Shown here in pieces: positions 60,980 through 64,000 of a stretch of 64,000 nt of DNA (position 1 is its first letter; the number at the start of each line of letters is the position of its first letter). The position numbers and the translations under genes were made by a program. The stretch lies in the NCBI GenBank assembly GCA_015680685.1, contig MNCI01001980.1:265375-329374 (forward strand), given 5' to 3'. The DNA is from Gnetum montanum (lineage: Eukaryota; Plantae; Gnetophyta). The notes under the pieces were generated by a model. It did no database searches, had not been told where the DNA came from, and saw only the letters and a program-made list of their open reading frames with translations.

Positions 60980-63800
60980 ATGATAGCTTATCAAGAGAGA
61001 AACTCACTAACATGCATGAAACTAACTAAGGGAATAACTTATGCTTATATCAAAAGCATAGATGCACTACAGCAAGTCCACTACCAACTTCCAAGCCTTA
61101 ACCTTGAAAACATCAACTGGGGGAAGTTGGAAATTCCTAAAAAATTCAAACAAGAGCCCCTAGAATTGAAACCATCTCCCATCATTCTGGAATATATGAT
61201 CCTTGAAAATGGAAAACCAGTAGTCATCGACGCAAGACTTGCTTCCAAAAAAAAAGAAAGACTGCCGAAGGTAATAAACAAGTGGTCAAAAGCCTTTTCC
61301 TGGACATATCCCAAATTAATTAGAATAGATCCTAGGATATGCCAGCATAGGATTTACACTAACCCCTCCATGAAGCCTCAAAAAAAACCGTAGAGGTGAT
61401 TGAACCAAAAATTGAAGCAAGTAGTAAAAGAAGAAATAGAACAGCTTCTTAAGGTTGGGTTCATATATCCCATTGCTGATGGAAAATGGGTTAGCCCTTT
61501 GGTAATCGTGCCTAAAAAGGAAGGCAAATGGAGGGTGTGCATAGATTTTAGGCTACTGAACATGGCAACATTTAAGGATCACTTTCTGTTGCCATTCATT
61601 GACCAAGTCTTAGACACTATAGCAGGGCATCGCTATTACAGTTTTCTGGATGACTATAGTGGATACAACCAAATACGAATAGCCCTAGAAGACCAAGCCA
61701 AGACAATGTTCACCAGTCCTTGGGGAATGTTTTTGTAGAAGCAAATGTCATTTGGCTTGTGCAATGCTCCTACCACGTTTCAATGCCTAGTTCTAAGCAT
61801 ATTCCAGCAGTAGATAGGGAATGAAGTGGAAGTCTTTATGGATGACTTCTCCACCTATGGAACAAGTTTTGATCAAGCCTTGGACCGATTAGAGTAAGTG
61901 CTGAAAAGATGCGTAGAAACCAATTTAAGGCTCAACTGCTAGAAAAGCCATTTAATGGTCCAAGAAGGCATAGTACTTGGGCATAAGGTTTTACATGCAA
62001 GAATAGAGGTAGACCTAGATAAAATTAGGGTCATCCAAGGAATCACCCATCAACTGGAAACTGTCAAAGACATTCGGTCATTCCTTGGACATGCTGGCTA
62101 CTATAGGAGATTCATTGAGAACTTCTCCAAGATTACCAAACCGTTGGTAAAGCTAACAAAGAAGGATGTACCATTTGAGTGGACCAGGGAATGTGAATAA
62201 GCATTCCAAACTCTGAAATGAAATCTTGTAGAAACTCCCATTCTACAAGCTCCTGACTAGTCTAGACCATTCCACATAATGACTGATGCATCCAATTATG
62301 CTTTAGAAGCTATACTTACATAGTTAGATGACCAAAAATGCCCTTACTACATCCATTGTGCAAGTAGAAGTATCATCGGTACACAACTTAACTACACAGC
62401 TACAGAGAAAGAATTAATGGCTATAGTGTTTGCACTGGATAAGTTTAGGCACTATGTGTTAGGTTACAAAGTGTTCATCGACACGGATCATAGTGTAATC
62501 CAGTTCCTCATGAACAAGCCAACAGTTAGCCCTCGTATTATACAATGGTTGGTAATCCTACAAGAGTTCTATAAGGCACTGAGAACGTAGTTGTAGATCA
62601 TTTATCTCAGTTACGCTGGGACAGCAAAGAGTATCAATATGTAATGTCTGATCATTTTCCTGATGAAGCCCTCTTTGCCGGTGTAGTGAATAACGAACCC
62701 ATAAAGACGAAATGGTATAGTAGCATTCTCACCTATCTCCTTACTCAACAAACACCACAGGAGCTGGACTTTAGGAAGAAACAACAGTTTTTTCACAGAG
62801 CCAAGTACTTCATGGAGATCAATGGAAAAATTTATAAAGTGTGTTCTAATGGCTTGGTTTGATGGTGCGTGCTTGAGGTAGACCAATTGAGAGTTCTCTA
62901 AGATGCTTATGAGGGCCCTTGTAGGGGTTACTATGTGGGGAGACGAACGACTATTAAGATCTTGCCTGTAGGATATTACTTTATGGGGCCTATTACACTA
63001 ATGTCCAATGGAAAAGCTTACATTGTAGTTGCGGTACACTATTTAACAAAATGGGCTGAAGCAGCTACTATTAAAGACTGCACAATATCTACAGCTGCAT
63101 GATTTGTGCAACAAAAAATCGTAAATAGGTTTGGTGTGCCATATGCACTTATCTCAGGTAATGGAACACACTTCACAAGTGCAATTTTTTGAAAGTTAAT
63201 GCAACGCTTAGGGGTTGAACATAAATTAACTACACCCTATCACCCCCAAGCTAACAGACAAGCTGAGGTCACCAATAGGGAGATCACTAAAATATTGACT
63301 AGGGCAATTAGCAAGTATAGGCGAGATTGGAGCACTAAACTGAATGATGCTCTTTGGGCATACTACTCCACCTGGAAACTCCCTATAGGCTACTCTCCCT
63401 ATGAGTTAGTATACAGAAAGCTTTCAACGCTTCCAATTCAAACCAAGCTCCATACACTATCAACAACTTGTGATCTCCACCTCGATCTTGATCTAGCACA
63501 AAAACAAAGGCTGGAAACTTTAAATGTGCTAGAAGAAAATCGATTAGTTGCCCTTTTATCAAATGAGTTACATAAGGCATATAACAAGCAACGTCATGAC
63601 TTGAAGATTTGAAAGGTTAAGTATCAACCAAGAGATAAGGTTCTCTACTAGAACCCCACACATGTGCCACAATGCACATAATTTCAAACACTGTGGGAAG
63701 GATCTTACATTATTCATACAACCTTTCCTTCAGGGGCCATGACTATATACAAACCTGAGAGCCCTGATAAGAGATTGTTAGTCAGTGTGCAATAAACCAA
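60980..63800 (+). pseudogene. pol remnants: RT, RNase H, integrase
   Basis: RT: WVSPLVIVPKK..WRVCIDFRLLN, FLDDYSGYNQI, FMDDF (~61835). RNase H: TDASNYA, YTATEKELMAIVFALDKFR, TDH. Integrase: YLTKWAEA, FGVP...SGNGTHF, TTPYHPQANRQAEVTNREI. The zinc-finger CxxC segment appears deleted at ~62980. Confidence 0.93.
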
Positions 63801-64000
63801 ACCCTTCCATGAATTTAGAACGGTTAGTGCACATAATACCTTTGAGAAGGGACGACCCTGCTCACTATTTCAAATCTTCTTCTTCTAACTCAGTCATGGG
63901 GGAGATGACCACCTCTGCTAATCATTTGAGGTCCTTAGTTCCTTTTAAAGTTTTTTTTTTACACATTTTTGTTTTACAAATTTCTTTAACTTTTCTTGTT

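Larger units (their letters stand above)
56897..64000 (+). mobile_element. Decayed full-structure Ty3/Gypsy Athila-like element (family A); continues past the window end
   Basis: LTR, tRNA-Asp PBS, gag, protease, RT, RNase H and integrase in Gypsy order; many stops and frameshifts. Confidence 0.95.

Overview
Eukaryotic (land-plant nuclear) repeat-rich DNA with no intact host gene. It is mostly decayed, nested LTR retrotransposons: Ty3/Gypsy Athila-like and Tat-like elements, Ty1/Copia SIRE-like elements, and one L1 LINE fragment. A composite block of about 19 kb occurs twice in direct orientation (1-27124 and ~31979-51173). Copy 1 alone carries a 7.67-kb insertion (11450-19114), the most unusual object here: two Athila-like LTR+gag arms in inverted orientation, both 5' (U3) LTR ends facing outward, flanked by an exact 5-bp target-site duplication (GACCT) whose empty site is visible in copy 2. 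The same Athila-like family also occurs as a gag-protease-only derivative (two copies share one pol deletion) and as a decayed full-structure element (56897 to window end). A GH3 beta-glucosidase/exohydrolase pseudogene (51515-54417, minus strand) has an internal deletion and a ~0.7-kb inverted duplication. All identities and inner boundaries were estimated by eye; no alignment or database search was run.
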